Assembly: GCA_021816865.1 (NCBI GenBank) | Contig: JAKAWX010000001.1 | Location: 252,739 to 316,738, forward strand | DNA length: 64,000 nt | Source of the DNA: Thermoplasmata archaeon | GTDB taxonomy: Archaea > Thermoplasmatota > Thermoplasmata > Lutacidiplasmatales > UBA184 | Reading direction: 5' to 3' | Part shown: positions 1 to 8,163 of the stretch, piece after piece | How positions within the stretch are numbered: the stretch's first letter is position 1 | Layout: every line of letters starts with the position of its first letter | Made by a program: the position numbers and the translations under genes | The notes under the pieces: model-generated | Database searches by the model: none | What the model saw: only the letters and a program-made list of their open reading frames with translations | Told to the model about the DNA's origin: nothing

Positions 1-705
1 GACACGATCTTCGACCATGCGCTGACGTGCCGGGACGCGCTCCGGGCGGTCCGGGCCGCCCACCCGTACTTCCGAAGGATCACGCTGGATACGATGTGGA
101 CCGAGTACTCCCGGCTGCTCGAGGAGGAGCACCCCGCGATCCTGGCGGGAACGGTCGGCCCGGACGTCGTCCGCGCGGAACGGTTCCGGCGGCTCGCGGC
201 CCGATGCGGCCGGACCCTCAGCGACCGCGAGGCGGCGAGACTGTCCCGCGCCTACCGGCGACAGTATCAGGCGAAGCGTCGCGGCATCCCCGGGGCGAAG
301 CGCCTCCTCGAGCGTCTGCACGGACGCACGGTGATCGGCATCGTCACCAACAACCAGGTCGGTGAGCAGGAGACCAAGCTCTCGTTCCTCGGGATCCGGC
401 CCCTGGTCGACTTCATGGTCGTCTCGGAGGGCGTGGGCGTGGCGAAACCGGACCCGCGGATTTTCCGGATCGCTCTCGACCGTGCCGCCGCCGAGCCCGC
501 GCAGACGGTGATGGTCGGAGACTCCTGGTTCAGCGACGTGGTCGGCGCCCGGTCCGCGGGAATCCGCCCGGTGTGGTTCAACCGGTTTCACCGTCCCCGA
601 CCCCAGCCGATCCCGGTCGCCCAGGTGGATTCGTTCCGCGCATCGAGACGGGTCGAATCGGCGCTGGCCGGGAACGCCGGCGAGCCTCGCGGCCCCACCC
701 GCTGA
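1..705 (+). CDS. HAD-superfamily hydrolase (IA-like), 5' end just outside window
   Basis: Frame 1 is open from nt 1 (DTIFDH = tail of HAD motif I DxDxT). GIVTNN, AKPDPRIF and MVGDSWFSDV motifs are present. ORF track lists 94..705. Confidence 0.75.
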   Translation, partial: DTIFDHALTCRDALRAVRAAHPYFRRITLDTMWTEYSRLLEEEHPAILAGTVGPDVVRAERFRRLAARCGRTLSDREAARLSRAYRRQYQAKRRGIPGAKRLLERLHGRTVIGIVTNNQVGEQETKLSFLGIRPLVDFMVVSEGVGVAKPDPRIFRIALDRAAAEPAQTVMVGDSWFSDVVGARSAGIRPVWFNRFHRPRPQPIPVAQVDSFRASRRVESALAGNAGEPRGPTR

Positions 706-722
706 CGCGACCAGGTGGCGAG

Positions 723-728
723 TTATAT
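723..728 (+). promoter_or_regulatory. TATA-like box for amidohydrolase/desulfurase operon
   Basis: Isolated A/T island (TTATAT) in GC-rich DNA, centre ~25 nt upstream of ATG 751. Confidence 0.45.
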
Positions 729-750
729 CGCACCGCGGGTTCGGCGCTCG

Positions 751-1947
751 ATGTCCGGTACCGGGTCCAGCTGGACGCCCCTCGCCCGGCGGGTCCTTCC
801 CGCGATGCGGGCGTGGAGGACGGCGATCCATCAGGAGCCCGAGCTCTCGCTCGGCGAAGTGAAGACGCGCGAGAAGATCGTCGCCGCGCTCCGGGAGCTG
901 GGGATCCCGTACCAAACCTTCGACGACTTTCCGGGCGTCGTCGGATTCATCGACGCCGACCGGCCCGGGCCCGTGGTCGCCCTGCGCGCCGACATGGACG
1001 GACTCCCCGTCACGGAGGAGACCGGTCTCCCGTTCGCCTCGAGCTTCCCCGGTCGGATGCACGCGTGCGGCCACGACGTGCACATGGCGTGTCTGCTCGG
1101 GGCGGCGGCGATGCTGACGCGCGAACCCCGGCCGAGGGGGGGCCCGATCCGGCTCCTCTTCCAGCCCGCCGAGGAGGAGGGCCGCGTCGGCGGCGCCGAG
1201 CCGTTGATCGCCCGGGGATGCCTCGACCGTCCGAAGGTCGCCTACGTGGTCGGCCAGCACGTCGACCCGAGCCTCCCGCTGGGTCGCGTCGGCTGGCGGG
1301 CGGGACCGTTCATGGCGGCCGCCGACCACTTCCGCGTCGTTGTCCGAGGTCGCGGCGGCCACGCAGCGACCCCCCATCAGGGGCCCGACGCGATCGTCAT
1401 CGCGAGCGAGGTCGTCACGGGCCTGCAGGCGCTCGTGAGTCGGGTGCGCGACCCGCTCGACCCGGTCGTCGTGAGCGTCGGCTCGATCCACGGCGGCACG
1501 CGCAACAACATCCTGCCGGACGAGGTCGTGCTCGAGGGCACGGTCCGCACCCTGCGGGCGTCGACCCGCGACCTCCTCGAACGTGCGTTCCGGCGACGCG
1601 TCCGGGCGATCGCGGCGAGCCTTGGCGCCCGCGTCCGGATATCGTACCACCGAGGATACCCGCCGCTCGTCAACGACCCGGCCGCGACCCGCGTCGTCGC
1701 GAGCGCGCTCGCGATCGAGCTCGGGAGCCGCAACGTGGTCGAGGTCGAGCACCCGCTCATGGGGGCCGAGGATTTCTCGCGCTACCTCGAACGCGTGCCG
1801 GGAACGTTCCTCCGGCTGGGCGTCGGAATCCCGGGACGGCCCGCAAGCCTCCACAGCTCGACGTTCGCGCCCGATGAGCGGGCGCTCGTCCTCGGAGCCG
1901 CGACGCTCGCCGCGGCCGCGGACGGCCTCCAGCGGGGCCCCCCGTGA
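751..1947 (+). CDS. M20D-family amidohydrolase (N-acyl-L-amino-acid amidohydrolase / hippurate hydrolase type)
   Basis: HACGHDVH and LLFQPAEEEG metal-site motifs. ORF opens at GTG 715, but TTATAT at 723-728 lies 25 nt upstream of in-frame ATG 751, so a leaderless start is favoured. Confidence 0.8.
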   Translation: MSGTGSSWTPLARRVLPAMRAWRTAIHQEPELSLGEVKTREKIVAALRELGIPYQTFDDFPGVVGFIDADRPGPVVALRADMDGLPVTEETGLPFASSFPGRMHACGHDVHMACLLGAAAMLTREPRPRGGPIRLLFQPAEEEGRVGGAEPLIARGCLDRPKVAYVVGQHVDPSLPLGRVGWRAGPFMAAADHFRVVVRGRGGHAATPHQGPDAIVIASEVVTGLQALVSRVRDPLDPVVVSVGSIHGGTRNNILPDEVVLEGTVRTLRASTRDLLERAFRRRVRAIAASLGARVRISYHRGYPPLVNDPAATRVVASALAIELGSRNVVEVEHPLMGAEDFSRYLERVPGTFLRLGVGIPGRPASLHSSTFAPDERALVLGAATLAAAADGLQRGPP

Positions 1948-3320
1948 ACGTCGGGCGGATTCGGTCGGAGTTCCCGGCACTCTCGAAGGCCACCGGGGAG
2001 CGCCCGCCGGCCTACCTCGACTCGGCCTGCATGTCGCTCGTCCCGCGCCCCGTGTTGGACGCGATGACGGAGTACTACCGCGACTACCCCGGGTGCGCCG
2101 GGCGCAGCCTTCACCGGTTCGCGGTCGAGGTCGGGCGGCGCTTCGAGGAAAGCCGGGAAACGTTCGCCCGCTTCCTCGGCCGCTCGGACCCGCGGGCCAC
2201 GGTGTTCGTCCGCAACGCCACGGAAGCGATCAACCTCGTCGGCGAGGGGCTCGCCTGGCGTCGTGGGGACCGGGTGCTGATCTCCGACCGCGAGCACAAC
2301 TCGAACCTCATCGTCTGGCAGCGGCTCGTCCGGGAGCGCGGGATCCGCCTCGAGATCCTCCGGCTGCCGGACGACGGTTCGTTCGACGGCGAGGAGCTCG
2401 ACCGTCACCTCGCCCGGGGCGTCCGCCTCGTAAGTCTCTTCCATACGTCGAACCTCGACGGCCGATCCTTGCCGGTCCGCGAGATCACCGAACGGGGGCA
2501 CGATGCGGGAGCCCTCGTGCTGTTCGACGGGTGCCAGGCGGCCCCCCATTCGAAGATCGACCTCGACCGGGCGGGGGTCGACTTCTACGCGGTCTCGGCC
2601 CACAAGATGCTCGGGCCGACCGGCACCGGCGTTCTTTCGGGCGCCCCCGGCGCCCTCGACACGCTTCGGCCGCTCCTCGTCGGTGGGGAGACCGTCGTCC
2701 GCAGCGACCTCTCGAGCCACGAGCTTCGCGACGCGCCGTACCGGTTCGAGGCGGGTCTGCAGAACTACGCCGGGGCGATCGGAGCGAAAGCCGCCCTCGA
2801 CTACCTCGACCGGGTCGGCGTCGACGCCGTTCGCGCCCAGGAGCTCCGCCTCAACCGTCGGGTCACCGCGGCGTTCGAGGACGAGCGTCGCCTCGAGCTC
2901 CTCGGCCCCCGGGACCCCGCGGCCCGTCCGAGCATCTTCGCGTTCGCGCTTCAGGGCATCGACCCGGCCGACGCGGCGCTCTTCCTCGACGAGGGCCACG
3001 GGGTGATGGTCCGCTCGGGGATGCATTGCGTCCATTCCTTCTACGCGGAACGGGGGCTCTCGGGCAGCGTCCGTGCGTCGTTCTACCTCTACAACGACAC
3101 CTCGGACGCCGACCGGCTCGTCGCCGGCCTCGCCGAGCTCCTCGAACGGGTCCCCGGCCGGTCGGTCAGCGGTACATCGGCTGCGACGACGGCGCCGTCG
3201 CCTCGCCGTGCGGCCGTTCGGCCGCGTGCCGCTGGATCGAAAGGAGCTGCTGCTCGATCCGCTCGGCCTCCGCGTACAGCGGGACCGGGTCGAGCGGCGT
3301 CCGCAACAGGATCCGGTTGA
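1944..3320 (+). CDS. Cysteine desulfurase, class V aminotransferase (SufS/CsdA-like)
   Basis: PPAYLDSACMSL, SAHKMLGPTGTGVL (PLP-Lys region) and VRSGMHCV (catalytic Cys loop). GTG overlaps the upstream stop (GTGA). The last ~55 codons are low-complexity and antisense to the next gene. Confidence 0.8.
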   Translation: MNVGRIRSEFPALSKATGERPPAYLDSACMSLVPRPVLDAMTEYYRDYPGCAGRSLHRFAVEVGRRFEESRETFARFLGRSDPRATVFVRNATEAINLVGEGLAWRRGDRVLISDREHNSNLIVWQRLVRERGIRLEILRLPDDGSFDGEELDRHLARGVRLVSLFHTSNLDGRSLPVREITERGHDAGALVLFDGCQAAPHSKIDLDRAGVDFYAVSAHKMLGPTGTGVLSGAPGALDTLRPLLVGGETVVRSDLSSHELRDAPYRFEAGLQNYAGAIGAKAALDYLDRVGVDAVRAQELRLNRRVTAAFEDERRLELLGPRDPAARPSIFAFALQGIDPADAALFLDEGHGVMVRSGMHCVHSFYAERGLSGSVRASFYLYNDTSDADRLVAGLAELLERVPGRSVSGTSAATTAPSPRRAAVRPRAAGSKGAAARSARPPRTAGPGRAASATGSG

Positions 3321-3981
3321 TCGTTTCGATCACCTTCGCCGCGGCGCGGGCGTCCGGATAGTCCGACTGCGCCTCGGCGAGGAACGTGAGGACATCAAAC
3401 CCTCGCCGGCGGCCCTCGTTGAGCAGGACCCCGGCGATCCCCGTGATGACCCCTTCGGTGAACGGGATCATGTTCGGCTCGATGTAGAGCTCGCGCGCTT
3501 TGCGCGTGCTCGCGACACCGTAGACCTTCACGTCGTTGAGCCGGGGCGGACGGGCCGTCTTTCCCGGATGCGGCGCCGCCTCCACGACGAGTCCTTCCGG
3601 GGAGACCAGCAGCGAGCAACGCTGCTCCTGGACCCAGTCGAGGATGGCCGTGGCGAGCGGATGAATGACCGTCGGCGCGGGGTGGAACTCCGAGACGAAA
3701 GCGACGATCTTGTCGGCACCGCGGCCCGCACGGTCGGCGGGAGGCCGACCGGCGTAGATCCGCACGGGGTGCTGCGGGTTGCCGTTCCGCACGAGCGAGA
3801 CCGTCGGGAAGGCGGCCGACTCCACGATCCCGATCTGCTCCATCTCGAGCGTGTCGATAAGGTAGTTCGCGACGATCGAGCTCACCAGGCCTACCGACGG
3901 GAACCCGTCGATGACGATCGCGCCCTCGACGTCGACCCGCTTGATCTCGTAGATCCGCACGGAGTCCGAACTGTTCGCCAT
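3166..3981 (-). CDS. PAC2-family protein (proteasome assembly chaperone-like, archaeal PbaA/PbaB type)
   Basis: N-terminus VIDGFPSVGLVSSIVANYLIDTLEMEQIGIVES..FPTV...VRIYAG matches the PAC2/DUF75 pattern. Size 271 aa. Confidence 0.6.
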   Translation of the reverse strand: MANSSDSVRIYEIKRVDVEGAIVIDGFPSVGLVSSIVANYLIDTLEMEQIGIVESAAFPTVSLVRNGNPQHPVRIYAGRPPADRAGRGADKIVAFVSEFHPAPTVIHPLATAILDWVQEQRCSLLVSPEGLVVEAAPHPGKTARPPRLNDVKVYGVASTRKARELYIEPNMIPFTEGVITGIAGVLLNEGRRRGFDVLTFLAEAQSDYPDARAAAKVIETINRILLRTPLDPVPLYAEAERIEQQLLSIQRHAAERPHGEATAPSSQPMYR

Positions 3982-3984
3982 GGC

Positions 3985-4344
3985 CTAGAGGGACCTCTCG
4001 ACGATCTGTCCGAGCTCCTTCGAGATCAGGTCGACCAGGTCCCTCGTCATCGCGCGGCGCACGTCGGGCGGAAGGGCGGAGAGGCCGAGACGGGCCGTCG
4101 CCGTGCCCACCCGCACGAGCGCGGCGTACTCCATCGCGCGGGCCTCGAGCAGGTCGCGGACCGCGTCCTTGAGGTCCTGGGAGAGCTTCGGGTCCTCCTT
4201 GAGCGTCTTCTCGAGGTGGTGACGGATCTCGTCCTTGACGATGTCACGGGTCGCCTCCCGGACGAGCTCTTCGGGGCGAAGCAGGTCGCGGGTGCTCTTC
4301 AAGAGCATGTCGATCGGTTCCCCGGACGACGACCCTTCCGCCAT
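3985..4344 (-). CDS. Hypothetical helical, charged protein, co-oriented with the PAC2 gene
   Basis: ORF 3985..4371 with good GC3 bias. CTTATG at 4369-4374 (minus) overlaps the first ATG and sits ~27 nt upstream of ATG 4344, so 4344 is preferred. Confidence 0.45.
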   Translation of the reverse strand: MAEGSSSGEPIDMLLKSTRDLLRPEELVREATRDIVKDEIRHHLEKTLKEDPKLSQDLKDAVRDLLEARAMEYAALVRVGTATARLGLSALPPDVRRAMTRDLVDLISKELGQIVERSL

Positions 4345-4504
4345 GGGGCGTGCGAACCGACCCAATCGCATAAGCGTTTGGCTCGTGGGGCGGCGCGGCG
4401 CCCCGCCCTCCGGCCGCGGCCGACACGCGCCGGCGTCGAACTTCGGCGGACCGGCGCGGCCGCGCGCCCGGGGTCGGGCCGGGCGTCGACCGGTCGGGAG
4501 AAGG

Positions 4505-4512
4505 ACTTATCC
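4505..4512 (+). promoter_or_regulatory. TATA-like box for tRNA-Ala
   Basis: ACTTATCC island ~30 nt upstream of the tRNA 5' end at 4539. Confidence 0.4.
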
Positions 4513-4538
4513 TGCGTCCGCTCTCGCCCGACCGGCGT

Positions 4539-4644
4539 GGGCCGGTAGATCAGCGGAAGATCGCTACCTTGGCAAGGTAGAGGTCGCGAGTTCAAAGGGC
4601 CGGGGACCCCGTCGGGCCCCGGCCGGGGAATCTCGCCCGGTCCA
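4539..4644 (+). tRNA. tRNA-Ala (anticodon GGC) with ~34-nt intron inside the T-loop
   Basis: Acceptor GGGCCGG/CCGGTCC with G3:U70. D arm GATC-AGCGGAA-GATC. Anticodon arm CTACC-TTGGCAA-GGTAG. T stem GCGAG (4586-4590) and CTCGC (4632-4636) are separated by 41 nt rather than 7. Discriminator A, no encoded CCA. Confidence 0.85.
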
Positions 4645-4713
4645 CTCCTCCGGGGTCGGGACGGGGCCGTCTTCGGCAGATGTCGACCGTCCCCACCGAC
4701 ACGAAGGGCATCG

Positions 4714-4720
4714 ATTTATA
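4714..4720 (+). promoter_or_regulatory. TATA-like box for HTH regulator gene
   Basis: ATTTATA island, centre ~28 nt upstream of in-frame GTG 4745. Confidence 0.4.
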
Positions 4721-4744
4721 CCGGCCGTCTCCTCGCGGGCCTCC

Positions 4745-5422
4745 GTGGAGGCCGAGATCCGGGAGAAGATCGCCGGTGAGGTCGTGCTATCGCCGCACCC
4801 CGGCCGTACTCTACGGAAGTGGCGGGAGGATTTCGGCATCTCGCAACGGGACCTCGCGAAGCATCTCGAGACCGTCCCCTCCGTGATCAGCGACTACGAA
4901 GCCGAGCGGCGCGCGAGCCCGGGCGCGGGGTTCATCCGTCGGTACGTCGAGGGGCTCCTCTCGCTCGACGCGGCGACGGGAAGTCGGGTCGGCCAGCGGC
5001 TCGGATTCCCTCCGCACTCCGAGGGGATCCTCGGCATGCGCGAGTTCGCGGTCGCGATCCCCTTGCGGGCGCTCGCCGATCGCCTGGACGCCCGGCCCGT
5101 CAGCCGCGTCGACCTTCACCGGGACATCCACGGCTTCACGATCCTCGACGCGCCCCGGGCGATCCTCGCGATCGACTCCTCGCGGTTCGTGGAGGTCTAC
5201 GGCTGGACGACCCAGCGCGCGCTCGTCTTCGCCAACGTGAAGTACGGGCGTTCGCCGATGGTCGCGATCCGCGCCCACCCTCTCAAGCCGGCCGCCGTGA
5301 TCTTCTGCGCGCCCGGCCGCATCGATCCGCTCGCCGTCCGGCTGAGCGAGGTCGAGAACATCCCCCTCCTCACGACCGTGCTTTCCGCACCGGCGGTGCT
5401 CGAGAAGCTCGAGGAGCTCTAG
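4745..5422 (+). CDS. XRE-type HTH transcriptional regulator (archaeal COG1395-like)
   Basis: LRKWREDFGISQRDLAKHLETVPSVISDYEAERR is a classic HTH_3 motif. The upstream part of ORF 4235..5422 crosses the tRNA gene and is discounted. The start (GTG 4745) is inferred. Confidence 0.6.
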   Translation: MEAEIREKIAGEVVLSPHPGRTLRKWREDFGISQRDLAKHLETVPSVISDYEAERRASPGAGFIRRYVEGLLSLDAATGSRVGQRLGFPPHSEGILGMREFAVAIPLRALADRLDARPVSRVDLHRDIHGFTILDAPRAILAIDSSRFVEVYGWTTQRALVFANVKYGRSPMVAIRAHPLKPAAVIFCAPGRIDPLAVRLSEVENIPLLTTVLSAPAVLEKLEEL

Positions 5423-5440
5423 CGGTCCAGGAGGAAGAAC

Positions 5441-6493
5441 ATGAAGGCAGGCATCGTGAGCTACGGCGCGTACGTTCCGCGGTACCGGATCACGCCGCGC
5501 GAGATCGGCCAGGTGTGGGGCACGGACGGCGACGCGATGGGACAGGGGCTGAACGTCTTCCGAAAGAGCGTCCCGTCCCCGGACGAGGACACGATCACGA
5601 TCTCGACCGAGGCGCTTCGGACGGCCCTTGTTCGCGGGGCGATCGACCCCCAGCAGATCGGCGCGATCTACGTCGGGTCGGAGTCGCACCCGTACGCGGT
5701 GAAGCCGACCGCGACGGTCGTTGCTCAGGCGGTGGGCGCGACTCCGAACCTTACGGCCGCGGACTTCGAGTTCGCCTGCAAGGCCGGGACGGCGGCGATC
5801 CAGACCTGCCTTGGCCTCGTCGGAGCCGAGATGATCCGGTACGGGGTGGCGATCGGCACCGACACCTCCCAGGGAGCGCCGGGCGACGCGCTCGAGTACT
5901 CCGCGAGCGCGGGAGGAGCCGCGTTCGTCCTCGGCCGCGAACGGGTCATCTGCCGCGTGGAGCGCACGCTCTCCTACACCACCGACACGCCGGACTTCTG
6001 GCGCCGCGAGGGCCAGAAGTATCCGAGCCACGGCGGTCGGTTCACGGGGGAACCCGCCTACTTCCGCCACGTGACCGAGTGCGCGCACCGGATCATGGAG
6101 GCCTCGGGCACGAGCCCGAAGGACTACGCGCACGTCGTCTTCCACCAACCGAACGGCAAGTTCCCGCAGCGCGTGGGAAAGCAGCTCGGGTTTGGGGACG
6201 CCCAGATGCGCTACGGGCTCGTCACGCCGTTCATCGGGAACACCTACTCCGGCGCCGCGCTCATCGGGCTCGCGAACGTCCTCGACCGCGCCCGGCCGGG
6301 CGAGCGGATCCTCATGGTCGGCTACGGATCGGGCGCCGGGTCGGACGCGTTCGACCTCGAAACGACCGACGAGATCGAACGCTACGACCGGTCGTTCGGA
6401 CGACCCGTCCAGTGGTACCTCGACCACGGCGTCGAGCTCTCGTACGCCGTGTACGCGAAGTTCCGCGGCAAGATCCGCATGGGAGGGGAGTGA
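5441..6493 (+). CDS. Hydroxymethylglutaryl-CoA synthase (archaeal type)
   Basis: [17 protein letters not shown].., 350 aa, thiolase-like condensing-enzyme fold, GGAGG SD upstream. Followed by thiolase and DUF35, the known archaeal trio. Confidence 0.85.
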   Translation: MKAGIVSYGAYVPRYRITPREIGQVWGTDGDAMGQGLNVFRKSVPSPDEDTITISTEALRTALVRGAIDPQQIGAIYVGSESHPYAVKPTATVVAQAVGATPNLTAADFEFACKAGTAAIQTCLGLVGAEMIRYGVAIGTDTSQGAPGDALEYSASAGGAAFVLGRERVICRVERTLSYTTDTPDFWRREGQKYPSHGGRFTGEPAYFRHVTECAHRIMEASGTSPKDYAHVVFHQPNGKFPQRVGKQLGFGDAQMRYGLVTPFIGNTYSGAALIGLANVLDRARPGERILMVGYGSGAGSDAFDLETTDEIERYDRSFGRPVQWYLDHGVELSYAVYAKFRGKIRMGGE

Positions 6494-6495
6494 CG

Positions 6496-7665
6496 ATGCG
6501 CGAGGTCGCCGTCCTCGGGATCGGGCAGACGAAGTTCGGCGAGCTCTGGGACCGCTCGTTCCGAGAGATCGGGATCGAGGCCGGCCTGGAAGCCCTCGTG
6601 GACGCGAAGCTCTCCTCGGCGGACCTCGGCGCGCTGTACCTCGGCAACATGGCGTCCGGTACGCTGCTCGACCAGGAACACATCGCGCCGCTGATCCTCG
6701 ACTACGCGGGACTCGCGGGCCGCCATCTCCCCGCGATGCGGGTCGAGGGCGGCGGAGCGTCCGGCGCGCTCGCCCTGCACCAGGGGTACCTCGCGGTCGC
6801 GAGCGGCCTGTACGACTTCGTCGTCGTCGGCGGCGCGGAGAAGCTCACCGACGTGCCGGATTCGGCGGCCGCGGGGATCACGAGCTCGGCGGCGGACCAC
6901 GAGTGGGAGGTCGTGTTCGGCGCCACCCTGCCGGGGCTCTGGGCGCTCATCGCTCGCCGGCACATGCACCTCTTCGGCACCACCCGCGAGGACCTCGCGC
7001 GCGTCGCGGTACACGACCACGAGATGGGGTCGAGGAACCCGAACGCCCACTACCGCAATCGGATCTCGCTCGAACAGGTTGTCGGGGCGAGCCCGGTCGC
7101 GGAGCCGCTCGGCATGCTCGACTGCGCGCCGCTCTCGGACGGCGCGGCGGCGGTCGTGCTCGGCCCGCTCGACGTCGCGCGCCGGCATACCGACACACCG
7201 ATCCGCATCGCGGCGAGCCAGGTCGCGACCGACACGATGGCGCTCCAGCACCGCGACGACCTGACGACGCTCGCCTCGACCGTCGTCGCCGGTCGTCGGG
7301 CGTTCGAACAGGCCCGCCGGGCGCCGAAGGACGTCCGGGTCGCGGAGATCCACGACGCGTACACGATCAGCGCGCTCCTCGCCCTCGAGGACTTGGGGTT
7401 CGCCGAGAAGGGACGGGCCGGCCCCGACTTCGCGTCGGGACGGTTCGGGCTCCGGGGCGACCTCACGGTGAACCCGTCGGGCGGGCTGAAGGCCCAGGGC
7501 CGGCCGTTCGGCGCCGTGGGGGTCGCCCAGGTCGTCGAGATCGTCCGGCAGCTGCGCGGCGAAGCGAAGGACCGCCAGGTCCCGGGGGCCACGCTCGGCC
7601 TCGCGCACGACGTCGGAGGCACCGGCGCGACGAGCGTCGTCCACCTCCTCGAGAGGGTCCCGTAG
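6496..7665 (+). CDS. Acetoacetyl-CoA thiolase (archaeal SCP-x-like thiolase)
   Basis: MREVAVLGIGQTKFGE..., NPSGGLKAQGRPFGAVG. ATG lies 3 nt after the HMGCS stop. This is the 3' 390 codons of track ORF 4819..7665. Confidence 0.85.
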   Translation: MREVAVLGIGQTKFGELWDRSFREIGIEAGLEALVDAKLSSADLGALYLGNMASGTLLDQEHIAPLILDYAGLAGRHLPAMRVEGGGASGALALHQGYLAVASGLYDFVVVGGAEKLTDVPDSAAAGITSSAADHEWEVVFGATLPGLWALIARRHMHLFGTTREDLARVAVHDHEMGSRNPNAHYRNRISLEQVVGASPVAEPLGMLDCAPLSDGAAAVVLGPLDVARRHTDTPIRIAASQVATDTMALQHRDDLTTLASTVVAGRRAFEQARRAPKDVRVAEIHDAYTISALLALEDLGFAEKGRAGPDFASGRFGLRGDLTVNPSGGLKAQGRPFGAVGVAQVVEIVRQLRGEAKDRQVPGATLGLAHDVGGTGATSVVHLLERVP

Positions 7666-7674
7666 GAGACGACG

Positions 7675-8163
7675 ATGTCGATCGCAAGATTCTGGCGCGA
7701 GACCCCCCGCCGCTACAACCTCGGTGGATCGAAGTGCACCTCCTGCGGGACGGTCTACTTTCCCCCCCGGGCCGTTTGCCCGGTCTGCACGCACCACCGC
7801 CAGTCGATCGAGAAGATGGTGCCGTTCCAGCTCTCGGGCGAAGGCACCGTGCTCTCCTTCACGGTCGTCCACGACGCCGCCGAAGGCTTCGAGATGCAGG
7901 CTCCCTACGTCCTCGCCCTCGTGAAGACCCCCGAGGGACCGGTGCTGACCGGACAGGTCGTTGACGTCCGCCCGGAGGAGGTCGGGATCGGGTTCAAGGT
8001 CCGCGCGACGTTCCGCAAGCTGCGCGAGGAGGGGCGGGCGGGCGTGATCCACTACGGCTACAAGTTCGCCCCCTCCGAGGAATCGACCGCCGCACCGCCC
8101 CTCGGACCGGCGGCGGCCGGCCCGCCGACGGAAGCGGCCGCGCGGGACCGGGCGACGTCGTGA
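7675..8163 (+). CDS. DUF35 OB-fold/zinc-ribbon protein (thiolase/HMGCS complex scaffold)
   Basis: CTSCGTVYFPPRAVCPVC rubredoxin-like ribbon followed by an OB-fold region. Position after the thiolase. Has a ~30 aa A/P-rich C-terminal tail. Confidence 0.8.
   Translation: MSIARFWRETPRRYNLGGSKCTSCGTVYFPPRAVCPVCTHHRQSIEKMVPFQLSGEGTVLSFTVVHDAAEGFEMQAPYVLALVKTPEGPVLTGQVVDVRPEEVGIGFKVRATFRKLREEGRAGVIHYGYKFAPSEESTAAPPLGPAAAGPPTEAAARDRATS

Noticed and set aside
4235-4744. N-terminal 170 codons of ORF 4235..5422
   Set aside because: This part runs straight through the tRNA-Ala gene and its promoter. It is low-complexity R/P/G/A sequence. The recognisable HTH protein starts after a TATA-like box at 4714-4720.
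4819-6495. 5' two-thirds of ORF 4819..7665 (948 aa)
   Set aside because: It is out of frame over the HTH regulator and HMG-CoA synthase genes. Only the last 390 codons, from ATG 6496, encode the thiolase.
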